Assembly: GCA_030428255.1 (NCBI GenBank)
Contig: JAUIBT010000020.1
Location: 9,380 to 73,379, forward strand
Direction: 5' to 3'
Length of the DNA: 64,000 nt
From: Alphaproteobacteria bacterium
GTDB taxonomy: Bacteria > Pseudomonadota > Alphaproteobacteria > UBA7985 > JAUIBT01
Of this stretch, positions 49,826 to 58,807 are shown in pieces (positions within the stretch are counted from its first letter, which is position 1; every line of letters starts with the position of its first letter). Under the pieces are notes generated by a model. That model did no database searches. It was not told the origin of the DNA and saw nothing but the letters and a program-made list of their open reading frames with translations. The translations under genes were made by a program, and so were the position numbers.

Positions 49826-51751
49826 CTAACCTCTATCCGCCAACGGCTGAGCGACTGACTTCGTAAGACCACGCAAAAAGCGCTTTTGTGCGGCGATGCG
49901 GAAGGGGGCGTTGGCCGCGCCATAGCCGCGATGGCCGCCCTGGCGCTGAACAATTTCAAAGAAGAAACCATTGGCGAGCGGCGCAGAATAGAGCTGGAAG
50001 AAGGGGCCGTTGTCATCTTCGTCATACAGAATGTTGTGGGCCTGCAAGCCTTGGCAGAAGTCCGCGCGGAGATCAAAGCGCGCCGCCAGGTCATGGTAGT
50101 AGTTCTGAGGCATGGGCAGAGCGGCGAAGCTGTTTTCCGCCAGCGCTTTGGCCGTCTGGAAGATATCTTCAGTGGCCAGAGCGATGTGCTGCACCGAGGA
50201 GCCCAGCGAACTCGTCAAGAAGCGCCCGGCTAGTGTGGCGTGGGTCTCGGCCCCGTTGAGCGTCACCCTTAGGCCCGGTTGGGGCGTCTCGAGCGCTTGG
50301 CTGCGCACCAGGCCATCGGGGTCGATCACGTCAACCAGCGCCGATTTTTCCATATCAAACAAGGCCGTATAGAACAGCGTCCAGCTCAGCATCTGGGCGT
50401 AGCTCATGGTGTGGGCAATGTGGTCGATGCTGTGCAGGCCGGTCGGGGTGGTGGCGGGTGTGCCGGTGGCGGGTGTGCTGGTGGCGGCGAACTCCAGGTC
50501 CCAAACCCGCGTCAGACCGCTGGCGTCGTCCAAGAAGTGCAACACGCTGGCCCCCAAGCCTCGAATGGCAGGAATTTCAAGCTCGCCGGGGCTCAGGGGT
50601 TGAGCAAAGGGCTTGGAGCCCAGCATGCGCGCGCGTTGCAGCGTCGCCGCAGCATCTTCGACCGCCAGGCCCATATCGCAGACGCAAAGCCCAGCCTGGG
50701 CGTAGGCGTCGCCGGCGTGGCTGTTGATCTCGGCATTGATCAGCAGGCGCACGTCGCCTTGCTGCCAGACCTCCAGCGCTTTGTTGCGATGCAGCAAGCG
50801 CCGCTCAAAGCCCATACTGGCGAGCAAGGTTGCAAAGGCCTCAGCCTGGTCGTCTTGGGCTGCAAATTCGATAAAATCGATGCCCTTGAGCTTGCTGCGC
50901 GGAGCCATGGCGGGCAAATCGACAGTCAAACTAGGCTCGCGTTGGCGCAGGTCGTCTAACGTGGCGATAAGCGAGCGATAGCCGTCAGCGGTAATGGTCT
51001 CGGTCGGGCCCGTGCGGAACAAATCGTTGAAGATTTCCAGACTGACCGGGCCTTGGTAGCCGGTGGCCATCACCGCTTGCATGAAGCTGGTCACCGGCAG
51101 ATCGCCTTCGCCCGGCATGTTGCGAAAGTGGCGCGACCAATACAACAGGTCCATGTCGATGGCGGGCGCGTCGGCCAACTGGACAAAGAAGATTTTGTCG
51201 CCTGGAATGGCGCGAATGCTGGCCGGGTCGATCTTGCGCGCCAGGGTGTGGAAGCTGTCCAGGATCAGGCCGATGTTGGGGTGGTCAGCGCGTCGCACCA
51301 CCTCCCAAGCGTCGCGGTGGTCGCTGACGTGCTTGCCCCAAGCCAGCGCTTCGAAGCCGACCCGCAGGCCGCGCTTGGCCGCGCGCTCACCCAGCTCGGC
51401 GAAATCGTCCGCCATGCGATCAATGCCGCCCAAAGCTGCCGGATGCACCGACGAGCAGACCAGCAGGTTTTTGGTGCCCAGCTCCTCCATCAGGTCGAAT
51501 TTGCGCTCGGCACGAGAAAAGGCGCGCGAGCGGTAGGGCTCGGGCAGGCCTTCGAAGTCGCGAAAGGGTTGAAACAGCAGGATCTCCAAGCCCTTGTCGC
51601 GCACCATCTTGCCGACCTCTTTGGCCCCGCCGTCGTGGGCGATAAAGTCCTGTTCGAAGATTTCAACGCCGTCAAAGCCCGCGTTGGCAATCGCTGCCAA
51701 GCGCTGTTGCAGGTCGCCCGATAAAGAGACGGTGGCAATACTGGTTTTCAT
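49826..51751 (-). CDS. 3-dehydroshikimate dehydratase (TIM-barrel plus HPPD-like fusion, QuiC1 type)
   Basis: MKTSIATVSLSG, FQPFRDFEG, EALAWG, LDSFH, QLADAP, SRHFRNMPGEG, and C-terminal FFFEIVQR..GYGAANA. Confidence 0.88.
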   Translation of the reverse strand: MKTSIATVSLSGDLQQRLAAIANAGFDGVEIFEQDFIAHDGGAKEVGKMVRDKGLEILLFQPFRDFEGLPEPYRSRAFSRAERKFDLMEELGTKNLLVCSSVHPAALGGIDRMADDFAELGERAAKRGLRVGFEALAWGKHVSDHRDAWEVVRRADHPNIGLILDSFHTLARKIDPASIRAIPGDKIFFVQLADAPAIDMDLLYWSRHFRNMPGEGDLPVTSFMQAVMATGYQGPVSLEIFNDLFRTGPTETITADGYRSLIATLDDLRQREPSLTVDLPAMAPRSKLKGIDFIEFAAQDDQAEAFATLLASMGFERRLLHRNKALEVWQQGDVRLLINAEINSHAGDAYAQAGLCVCDMGLAVEDAAATLQRARMLGSKPFAQPLSPGELEIPAIRGLGASVLHFLDDASGLTRVWDLEFAATSTPATGTPATTPTGLHSIDHIAHTMSYAQMLSWTLFYTALFDMEKSALVDVIDPDGLVRSQALETPQPGLRVTLNGAETHATLAGRFLTSSLGSSVQHIALATEDIFQTAKALAENSFAALPMPQNYYHDLAARFDLRADFCQGLQAHNILYDEDDNGPFFQLYSAPLANGFFFEIVQRQGGHRGYGAANAPFRIAAQKRFLRGLTKSVAQPLADRG

Positions 51752-51758
51752 AGGGGCC

Positions 51759-52604
51759 TCAGAGGGGCAGGTGGGCCAGGCGGCGAAGCTGATCTGGGCT
51801 CGCGCTTGGCAGATCAAAGAATTCGAGATAGGCAGGGATCTGTTCAAAAAGCATGTCGATGCCGACTTGCACCTGGCAACCCGCCGCCCGGGCCGCTGCC
51901 AGGAAGGGAGTCTCCTGCTGGCTCATCACCACCTCACCAACGAAGCTGGCAGGCGACAAGCGCGCGGGATCGATCGGCAAGGGGTCGTGCGCCTGCATGC
52001 CTAACGGCGTGGCATTGACCAGGATGTCAAAGCCGAGCGGGTCGTTGCTGCCCGTCGTAATGCGGATGTTGGGATAGGCGCAGGCGATGCGCTTTGCCAG
52101 GGCTTGGCTGGCCTGTTGGTTGGCATCGTACAAGGCCAGGCGTGCTAGGCCCGCTTCCGCCAGGGAGGCGGCGATTGCCGAGCCGACACCGCCATTGCCC
52201 ACCACCAGGGCCGAGGCTTGGCCTATGGTACGGCCCTTGTTGATCAGCCCGCGCACAAATCCTTGACCGTCGAACATGTCGCCAACCAAGCGGCCATTGG
52301 GCGCGCGCCGGACGGCGTTGCACGCGCCGCAAATGCGCGCCGTGGTCGAAATGTCGTCCAAGAGATCAAGCACGCGCACCTTGTGCGGCATGGTGATCAG
52401 GGCGCCGCGGGTGTTGCGCAGCCGGAACAGCAGCGGCAAGAAATCCGCGAAGTCTTGCGGCTCACAGCCCATGGGCACCACCACCAGATCAAGCCCTTGG
52501 TCAGCGAACCAGGGGTTATAAATCAAGGGCGCCTTAAAAGCCGGGGTGGGCACTCCCAAGTGCGCGATGATCTGGGTGGTACCGGTGATCACGGGGTGGC
52601 GCAT
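51759..52604 (-). CDS. Shikimate/quinate dehydrogenase family protein
   Basis: TMPHK, GACNAV, DMFDG.GF, G.GGVG, VNATPLGM. Confidence 0.9.
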   Translation of the reverse strand: MRHPVITGTTQIIAHLGVPTPAFKAPLIYNPWFADQGLDLVVVPMGCEPQDFADFLPLLFRLRNTRGALITMPHKVRVLDLLDDISTTARICGACNAVRRAPNGRLVGDMFDGQGFVRGLINKGRTIGQASALVVGNGGVGSAIAASLAEAGLARLALYDANQQASQALAKRIACAYPNIRITTGSNDPLGFDILVNATPLGMQAHDPLPIDPARLSPASFVGEVVMSQQETPFLAAARAAGCQVQVGIDMLFEQIPAYLEFFDLPSASPDQLRRLAHLPL

Positions 52605-52685
52605 AGACCCACCTTGCTGCGGCTTAGAGCGCGGTGTGTGGCGTCGGTTCGGCGGTCTTGGATCATGGAAGAAAAATGCATGGCC

Positions 52686-53747
52686 CTAGTCCAGCCGAAC
52701 CGTCTCGCCGGTCTGCGCTGCCGTTTGGATGGCCTCCACGACCTGCAAACTGCGCAAGCCCTCGCGGCCCGAGACCAGGGGGGCTTGGCGACCGGAAATG
52801 ACCTCAATGAAATGCGCGATTTGGTTCACCAAGGGGTCCGAGAAGTCACGCGCTGCCACGGTGGCCGCCATGGGCTGCCACCAATCAGGATGGTCCTGGT
52901 GACGCCAGAGCCGCAAATCGGGGATCGATAGACTGCCCAGCGAGCCACCAATCAGATAGCAGCTTTGGCCGGTGATAGGGTAGGCGGGGTTCTCAGCGGC
53001 GGTCATCTCCCAACTCCAAGGTGAGGCGATGGAGTCCGATACAGTGATGGTGCCAAGTGCGCCCGACTCAAAGCGCAGCAAGGCAGCGGCCAGGTCCTCG
53101 TTTTCGAAACCTCTCAGGGCAGGGGCGGCCTGCGCCTGCACACTCACCACCTCGCCGCAAAGGTAACGCAGCAGGTCGATGTCATGGACCAAATTCACGG
53201 AAATTGGGCCGGCGCCTTTCTTTGTCCGCCAAGGCGCTTGGGCGAAATAGTCGTCGGGCTTGTAGAACCAACACGTGGCCTGGGCGGCGCGCAGGGTGCC
53301 AATCGCTCCGTCATCGATCAAAGCTTTTGCTTTTTGTATCAGCGGGTTGTAGCGGCGATGGTGCCCAACCAAAATCGGGATATCTTTGGCTTCAGACACC
53401 TTTAGCAAGGCTGTTGCGTCTTGGGCTGCGGTCGCCAGTGGCTTTTCAATCAACATTGGGCAGCCCTGGGCAACACAAGCCAGGGCTTGATCGACGTGCA
53501 GGGTCGTGGGGGTGGCCAGTATGACGCCATCTGGCTGCGCGTCGGCCAGCATCGCGTCGAGATCGGGATAGATCGCCAGCCCCAAAGCCTGTGCGCTGCA
53601 AGCGGCCTCGGTGCTTGGATCGACCAGTGCCGTTAGCTGACAGCCGCCAACCTGCGCGATGGCTTGCGCGTGCCGCCGACCAATCAGCCCAAAGCCGACA
53701 ATGGCGAGGCGGTACGGCGCGCGATCGCCGTGGTTGCTGTTCGACAT
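52686..53747 (-). CDS. Gfo/Idh/MocA oxidoreductase
   Basis: IVGFGLIGRRH, LIEKPLA, VGHHRRYNP, NLVHDID. Confidence 0.92.
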   Translation of the reverse strand: MSNSNHGDRAPYRLAIVGFGLIGRRHAQAIAQVGGCQLTALVDPSTEAACSAQALGLAIYPDLDAMLADAQPDGVILATPTTLHVDQALACVAQGCPMLIEKPLATAAQDATALLKVSEAKDIPILVGHHRRYNPLIQKAKALIDDGAIGTLRAAQATCWFYKPDDYFAQAPWRTKKGAGPISVNLVHDIDLLRYLCGEVVSVQAQAAPALRGFENEDLAAALLRFESGALGTITVSDSIASPWSWEMTAAENPAYPITGQSCYLIGGSLGSLSIPDLRLWRHQDHPDWWQPMAATVAARDFSDPLVNQIAHFIEVISGRQAPLVSGREGLRSLQVVEAIQTAAQTGETVRLD

Positions 53748-53948
53748 GGCAAAGCCTTTCCTCTTGGCTGAGTCCGCGCTTGCCAGCGGCTGTCTGGGAT
53801 CGGGGGCCCTTAATGTGCTGGCAGGCAGGTCAGGATGGTGGCGATTCTGCGCGCTGCGAACAGCTTTGGCAGTCACGGCTAGGATTGTAGCTCAAAGATA
53901 TGATAAGATCAATAATATATGATATTTATTTTTTTAGCCAATGCAGCA

Positions 53949-53963
53949 ATCATATCCTATGAT
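53949..53963. promoter_or_regulatory. Putative GntR operator palindrome ATCATA-TCC-TATGAT
   Basis: Perfect 6-bp inverted repeat in the AT-rich divergent promoter region. Confidence 0.5.
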
Positions 53964-54015
53964 ATCTGTGATACGCTGAAATCTAGGATTTTTGCTCCGC
54001 GCGAGACCGAGGCTT

Positions 54016-54681
54016 ATGACGCAACATTCTGAGACGGTCGGTCACTCGACCTATGAGAAACTCAAACACGACATCATCTTTGGCGTTCTGACTCCAGGCA
54101 GGAAGCTCAAGCTCAGCGGGTTGCGCGAGCACTATGACGCCAGCGTTTCCACCCTGCGCGAGACTCTCAATCGCTTGGCCAGCGAAGGCTTTGTCGCGGC
54201 CGAGGAACAGCGCGGTTTCTTTGTCGCTCCGGTTTCAACCAAGGATCTGGTAGAAATCACTAATCTGCGGGTGCTGATGGAGTGTCATGCGATCCGCTTA
54301 TCTGTCGAAAAGGGCGGTACCGAGTGGGAGGCTAACTTGGTGGCAGCGCACTATAAGTTGCACCAGATGGAAAAGCGCATGGCCGAGGGGGACGAGTCCA
54401 AAATAGAGACGTGGAAGCGGTTTGACTGGGAGTTCCATTTGGCACTGATCGAGGCTTGCGATTCAAAGAACCTGCTCGATTTGCATGCCATCGTGTATGA
54501 TAAATATCTTCGTTATCAAATGCTTGTCCTGACCTATCGCGGCCAACCTGCAGTGGAAGAGCACCGCGCGATGCTGGAGGCCGCCTTGGAGCGCGACGGC
54601 GAGCGCGTTGCTGGGCTGCTGGAGACCCATATTCAAAATGGGCTGGATCATGCCTTGGCAGCGATGACGTCTGGCGCTTAA
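54016..54681 (+). CDS. GntR/FCD-family regulator
   Basis: wHTH (YEKLKHDII.G.L.PG.KL, STLRETLNRL) plus an FCD domain (EFHLALI, EHRAM). Confidence 0.92.
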   Translation: MTQHSETVGHSTYEKLKHDIIFGVLTPGRKLKLSGLREHYDASVSTLRETLNRLASEGFVAAEEQRGFFVAPVSTKDLVEITNLRVLMECHAIRLSVEKGGTEWEANLVAAHYKLHQMEKRMAEGDESKIETWKRFDWEFHLALIEACDSKNLLDLHAIVYDKYLRYQMLVLTYRGQPAVEEHRAMLEAALERDGERVAGLLETHIQNGLDHALAAMTSGA

Positions 54682-54747
54682 ATCGATCATTCTGGTCTAG
54701 CCCAGCGCAGCTGGCATAGACCGGCGGCAACTTTTAGGGAGGGGCCC

Positions 54748-56274
54748 ATGTGGCGTTTGGCGGAAATCCTTGGTGCCTTGTCGATGGCGACCGACATGGC
54801 GGCGGGCAATCCACCGGGCAGCTCGATGGCCGCAGCGGTGGTTGCCCAGCGGATTGGCAAGCGCATGGGGTTGGGTCCAGAGGCGCTGTCGTCGCTCTAT
54901 TACGCTGGCATGCTGCGCTTTATCGGCTGTACCTCAACCTCCTCAGAGACGGCAAGCCTGGCGCTGGGCGACGAGCTGACCGGCTATCTGGCCATGACCC
55001 GCGCTGACCTTGGCAACCCCGCCAGTGTTCGACAGGAACTGGAGCGCATCTTCGCCCCTGAGCGGCCGCTTGAGGACAAGCAAGCCATCATCGACATGAT
55101 AATCGCGATGGGCCCCGAGGTCATGGCGATGGGCCTACCTCATTGCCGCCAGGCGGTGGCGATCGCCCGCCGTCTGCCGGTGCCAGCGGAAGTCAGCGAT
55201 ATTTTGCAGCACCTGGAATCGCGATGGGATGACCTGCACCCCATCCACCCGCCCGGGCCCGAACTGCTGCCGCAAACCCGGATCATCGAGTTTGCCGTGG
55301 TGGCCGAATTGCATCGGCGCGCGGGCGGGGTGGTGGCCATGGCCGACTGCGCTCTGTCGCGTCGCGGCGGGCAGTTCGACCCGCAAGTGGTGGATATCTT
55401 TTTGGAAAACAGCAGCGAGGTTCTGGCTGGCCTGACGCTAGGCCAGGAGTGGGAGACTTTCTTGGAGGTCGAACCGGGCGAGCGTTTCATGAGCGGGGCT
55501 CAAGGCTTGCGCGATGCCGCCGAGGCACTGGCCGATTTCACCGATCTCAAGAGTCCCTGGTTTACCGGCCATTCGCGCCGGGTGGCGGGTTTGGCCCATC
55601 GCGCCGCCCTGGCGGCGGGCGGTGAAGAGGCGCGCTGCGAGGCGGTCTTTAACGCTGGTCTGTTGCACGATGTGGGCAAGAACGCCATTGCCAATGGGAT
55701 TTGGGACAAACCCAGCCCGCTGACCCGCTTTGAACAAGCCACCGCGCTCAATGCCAGCCTGTATACCGAGCAGGTGCTGCGCCTAACCCCGGTTTTCGAT
55801 CCCATCTGCGAGCCCGCCTGCTCGGTCAACGAGCGCAGCGACGGTTCAGGAAGCCACCGCCGAGTGCGGCTGGCCACCGGTCCAGCGGCCTATTTGGCGG
55901 TGGCCAACCTCTATGATGAGCTGGTGAGCGACGCGGCGAATAAGCCAGCGCTGAGCAAGGGCGATGCCGCTGAGGCCCTGCTGGCTGAGGTACAAGCAGG
56001 CCGGCTGCCACGCCAGGAAACCCAGAACGTGCTGGATAGCACAGGTCACGTCGGTCAAGGTGAGACCGTCTGGCCGGACGGCATGACCAAGCGTGAAGCC
56101 CAGGTTTTGCGTGAGTTGTCTTTGGGCAAATCGAACAAGGACATCGCCCAGGCACTGGGGATTTCGCCCAAGACGGTCGATAATCACCTGCAAAATCTCT
56201 ACCCAAAAATCGGCGCGGAGACCCGGACCGCTGCCGCGCTCTATGCCATGCAGCTCGGTTTGTTTTCGGCCTAG
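54748..56274 (+). CDS. Tandem HD-GYP-like domain protein with a C-terminal LuxR HTH
   Basis: RLAEILGALS.ATD, GHSRRVA, LLHDVGK, ERSDGSG, and MTKREAQVLR..G.SNKDIA..LGISPKTV. Confidence 0.88.
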   Translation: MWRLAEILGALSMATDMAAGNPPGSSMAAAVVAQRIGKRMGLGPEALSSLYYAGMLRFIGCTSTSSETASLALGDELTGYLAMTRADLGNPASVRQELERIFAPERPLEDKQAIIDMIIAMGPEVMAMGLPHCRQAVAIARRLPVPAEVSDILQHLESRWDDLHPIHPPGPELLPQTRIIEFAVVAELHRRAGGVVAMADCALSRRGGQFDPQVVDIFLENSSEVLAGLTLGQEWETFLEVEPGERFMSGAQGLRDAAEALADFTDLKSPWFTGHSRRVAGLAHRAALAAGGEEARCEAVFNAGLLHDVGKNAIANGIWDKPSPLTRFEQATALNASLYTEQVLRLTPVFDPICEPACSVNERSDGSGSHRRVRLATGPAAYLAVANLYDELVSDAANKPALSKGDAAEALLAEVQAGRLPRQETQNVLDSTGHVGQGETVWPDGMTKREAQVLRELSLGKSNKDIAQALGISPKTVDNHLQNLYPKIGAETRTAAALYAMQLGLFSA

Positions 56275-56386
56275 ACCCCAGGCCGGGCCGCTCCAGCCCC
56301 GCCAGGCGATAGTTCGATGTGTACTTCGTTGCTTGACGAGCAGGCTGGTGCTTTTTGCGGCACGGCGCCCAGAAACTTGCCGTGTC

Positions 56387-56402
56387 TAGGGAAGTCTCCC
56401 TA
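56387..56402. promoter_or_regulatory. Palindrome TAGGGA-AGTC-TCCCTA, putative operator of the HD-LuxR regulator
   Basis: Perfect 6-4-6 inverted repeat about 70 nt upstream of the Rid gene. Confidence 0.6.
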
Positions 56403-56471
56403 TGGGCCCGGTCTCGGCTCACCGCTAGTCTCTTCTTGTGTTCACCACAGCGAACCTAAGGGGAGTTTATT

Positions 56472-56969
56472 ATGTTCGTTCAATACCTTAGAGGTACGGC
56501 TCTGGCAGCCGCCCTCGTTCTTTCTACCACCAGCTACGCAGAGGAGATGCAGGTTATGAAGCGTCACGCCGTCAACCCAGTGGGCTGGGGAGCCGCCTAT
56601 CTTTTGAACCAGGGTGAAGTCATTGAGGGCGCTCAGCGCCAGCTTCACACCTCGGGCCAGGTTGCGCTGAAGGAAGACCCCGAGAGCCCGCTGGGCATTT
56701 CGGTGACCAACGAAGGCGATCTCCGGGGCCAGATGCAAGACGCTTTGGCCAGTCTAGATGCGATTTTGGAGCAAGCTGGAATGAGCCGCTCGGATATCAC
56801 TCATCTGACCTTCTATACCACCGACGTTGACGGTTTTCTGGCGAATTATGACGTCTATGGCGACTGGATCGCGCCGGCAGGCATCATGCCGACCCAAAGC
56901 CTGCTGGGTGTCGCGCGCTTGGTTTTGCCGGAAATTTTGGTCGAAATTGAGCTGACAGCAGCGCAATAA
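56472..56969 (+). CDS. Rid/YjgF-family protein with an apparent signal peptide
   Basis: SGQVA, Q...AL..LDAILEQAG, LVEIE. N-terminus LRGTALAAALVLSTTSYA|EE. Alternative start at 56556. Confidence 0.85.
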   Translation: MFVQYLRGTALAAALVLSTTSYAEEMQVMKRHAVNPVGWGAAYLLNQGEVIEGAQRQLHTSGQVALKEDPESPLGISVTNEGDLRGQMQDALASLDAILEQAGMSRSDITHLTFYTTDVDGFLANYDVYGDWIAPAGIMPTQSLLGVARLVLPEILVEIELTAAQ

Positions 56970-57340
56970 CCCAAATGCCGCGCCGCGCCGGTCAGGGGCC
57001 AGCGCTGGGCCTCGCGGCCAACGGTCTTTTGCACCTGGCAAATCCCCGCTTTGTCCGCAAAGTACAAGCGATGAAGGCAGCAGGCGCAACGCCCAAGCGT
57101 CACCCTCGATTGTGAAGGTGGATTGGTAGCAAAACCACAAAGACAGAGCGCGTCGAGTGACAAAAGGCAAACAAAACCTGCTCCAGGTCAGGCCTTGGCC
57201 TCGCACTCATCAATGCCGTGGAGCCCCACACAAGGGCACTGCGGCATTGTTGCTTGGGGTGGGCCTGCTCCCCTGGTCCGCCCCTTGCTTGGTAAAAGTG
57301 GGGAGGCGAGTGCGGGCCGGCGACCGCCGTGCAGGTAGGT

Positions 57341-57698
57341 CTAGTTGGCGCAAATCCACCGTCGTTTTGCTTGGGGTTTGCGGCTCTAGTTGGCGCAAAT
57401 CCACCGTCGCTTTGCTCAGGGTTTGCGGGTTTAGTTGGCGCAAATCCACCGTCGCTTTGCTCGGGGTTTGCGGGTTTAGTTGGCGCAAATCCACCGTCGC
57501 TTTGCTCGGGGTTTGCGGGTTTAGTCGGCGCAAATCCACCGTCGCTTTGCTCGGGGTTTTCGGGTTTAGTTGGTGCAAATCCACCGTCGCTTTGCTCGGG
57601 GTTTGCGGGTTTAGTCGGCGCAAATCCACCGTCGCTTGGCTCGGGTTTTGCGGGTTTACAGCGCAAATCCACCGTCGCTTTGCTCGGGGTTTGCGCTA
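57341..57698. repeat. Array of 8 palindromic 45-bp units (REP/BIME-like) abutting the aglK stop
   Basis: Consensus TTAGTTGGCGCAAATCCACCGTCGCTTTGCTCGGGGTTTGCGGGT, with units at 57341, 57386, 57431, 57476, 57521, 57566, 57611 and 57656 (shorter). No unique spacers. Confidence 0.95.
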
Positions 57699-58790
57699 GT
57701 CCTTCCGGCGCATGGACTGTCCCTTGTGGAATAAATGCACCTTGTCCGGTGCCGCGGTCAGCCCGATGTCCTGGCCGCGCACATTGGCGTGAATGCCGGT
57801 CAGCTTAGCGATCACGGCCTCTTTGCCCGCTGGTGCCTCAAAATACAGCAATGTCACCTCGCCCAAGGCCTCGGTAATGTCCACCTTGCCGTGATACAGG
57901 CTGCCGTCCACCGGAGCTGGGACCAAATCCTCAGGTCGGACGCCGACGTTGACCTGCTTATTCAGGTCGCCGTCTTGTGTCGCGATGGCGCTTAGCGCGG
58001 TGCCGCCGCCTGCCAATTCAACGCGCGTAGTCGCGCCGGTCTCGACAATCTTGCCAGGCAAGAGGTTCATGGCGGGGGAGCCGATGAACTGTGCGACGAA
58101 CTCGTTCTGGGGGGTCTCATAGAGCTCCAAGGGCGTGCCGACCTGGGCAATGCCTTTGTTGGCCAGCACCACAATGCGGCTGGCCAGGGTCATAGCCTCG
58201 ACCTGATCGTGGGTGACGTAAATCATGGTGCGGTCCGGCATGGACTCTTTCAACTTGGCAATCTCAATCCGTGTGGCCACCCGCAGCGCGGCGTCCAGGT
58301 TGGACAGGGGCTCGTCGAACAAGAAGACCTTGGGATCGCGGACGATCGAGCGGCCAATGGCAACCCGCTGGCGCTGGCCGCCGGACAGGGCCTTGGGCAG
58401 GCGATCCAGATAGGGTTCAAGCTGCAAAATCCGCGCGGCTTTCCCGACCGCCTCGGCAATTTCGGCTTTTGTCTTGCGCGCGATCCGCAGCGCGAAGGCC
58501 ATGTTTTCGCGCACGGTCATGTGGGGATAAAGCGCGTAGGACTGGAAGACCATGGCGATGCCGCGCTGGGCGGGCGGAACGTCGTTCACGGTCTGACCGT
58601 CGATTTGCAGCGTGCCGCCAGAGATTTTTTCAAGCCCCGCGATCATGCGCAACAAGGTGGACTTGCCGCAGCCCGAAGGGCCGACAAAAACGATCAACTC
58701 GCCTTGTTTGATGTCCAGGTTGATATCCTGGAGTACCGTAATTGCGTTTCCATAGGCCTTGGAAACATTGGTAAGTTTCAGGGTTGCCAT
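57696..58790 (-). CDS. aglK: Alpha-glucoside ABC ATP-binding protein (MalK-like)
   Basis: GPSGCGKST, MVFQSYALYPHM, LSGGQRQR, FIGSPAMN. Operon context. Confidence 0.9.
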   Translation of the reverse strand: MATLKLTNVSKAYGNAITVLQDINLDIKQGELIVFVGPSGCGKSTLLRMIAGLEKISGGTLQIDGQTVNDVPPAQRGIAMVFQSYALYPHMTVRENMAFALRIARKTKAEIAEAVGKAARILQLEPYLDRLPKALSGGQRQRVAIGRSIVRDPKVFLFDEPLSNLDAALRVATRIEIAKLKESMPDRTMIYVTHDQVEAMTLASRIVVLANKGIAQVGTPLELYETPQNEFVAQFIGSPAMNLLPGKIVETGATTRVELAGGGTALSAIATQDGDLNKQVNVGVRPEDLVPAPVDGSLYHGKVDITEALGEVTLLYFEAPAGKEAVIAKLTGIHANVRGQDIGLTAAPDKVHLFHKGQSMRRKD

Positions 58791-58807
58791 GCGTGGTCCT
58801 CCAGGGG

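Noticed and set aside
57341..57698. CRISPR array
   Set aside because: Units are contiguous near-identical 45-mers with no unique spacers, there is no AT-rich leader, and no cas genes are in the window.
57100..57808. Repeat-derived ORFs, such as the (GGFAPTKPANPEQSD)n frame as a multi-core peptide precursor
   Set aside because: Four frames are open simply because the unit length is a multiple of 3. The starts lie within or at the edge of the repeat without an SD, unit variants are more often non-synonymous than synonymous, and no maturation genes are nearby.
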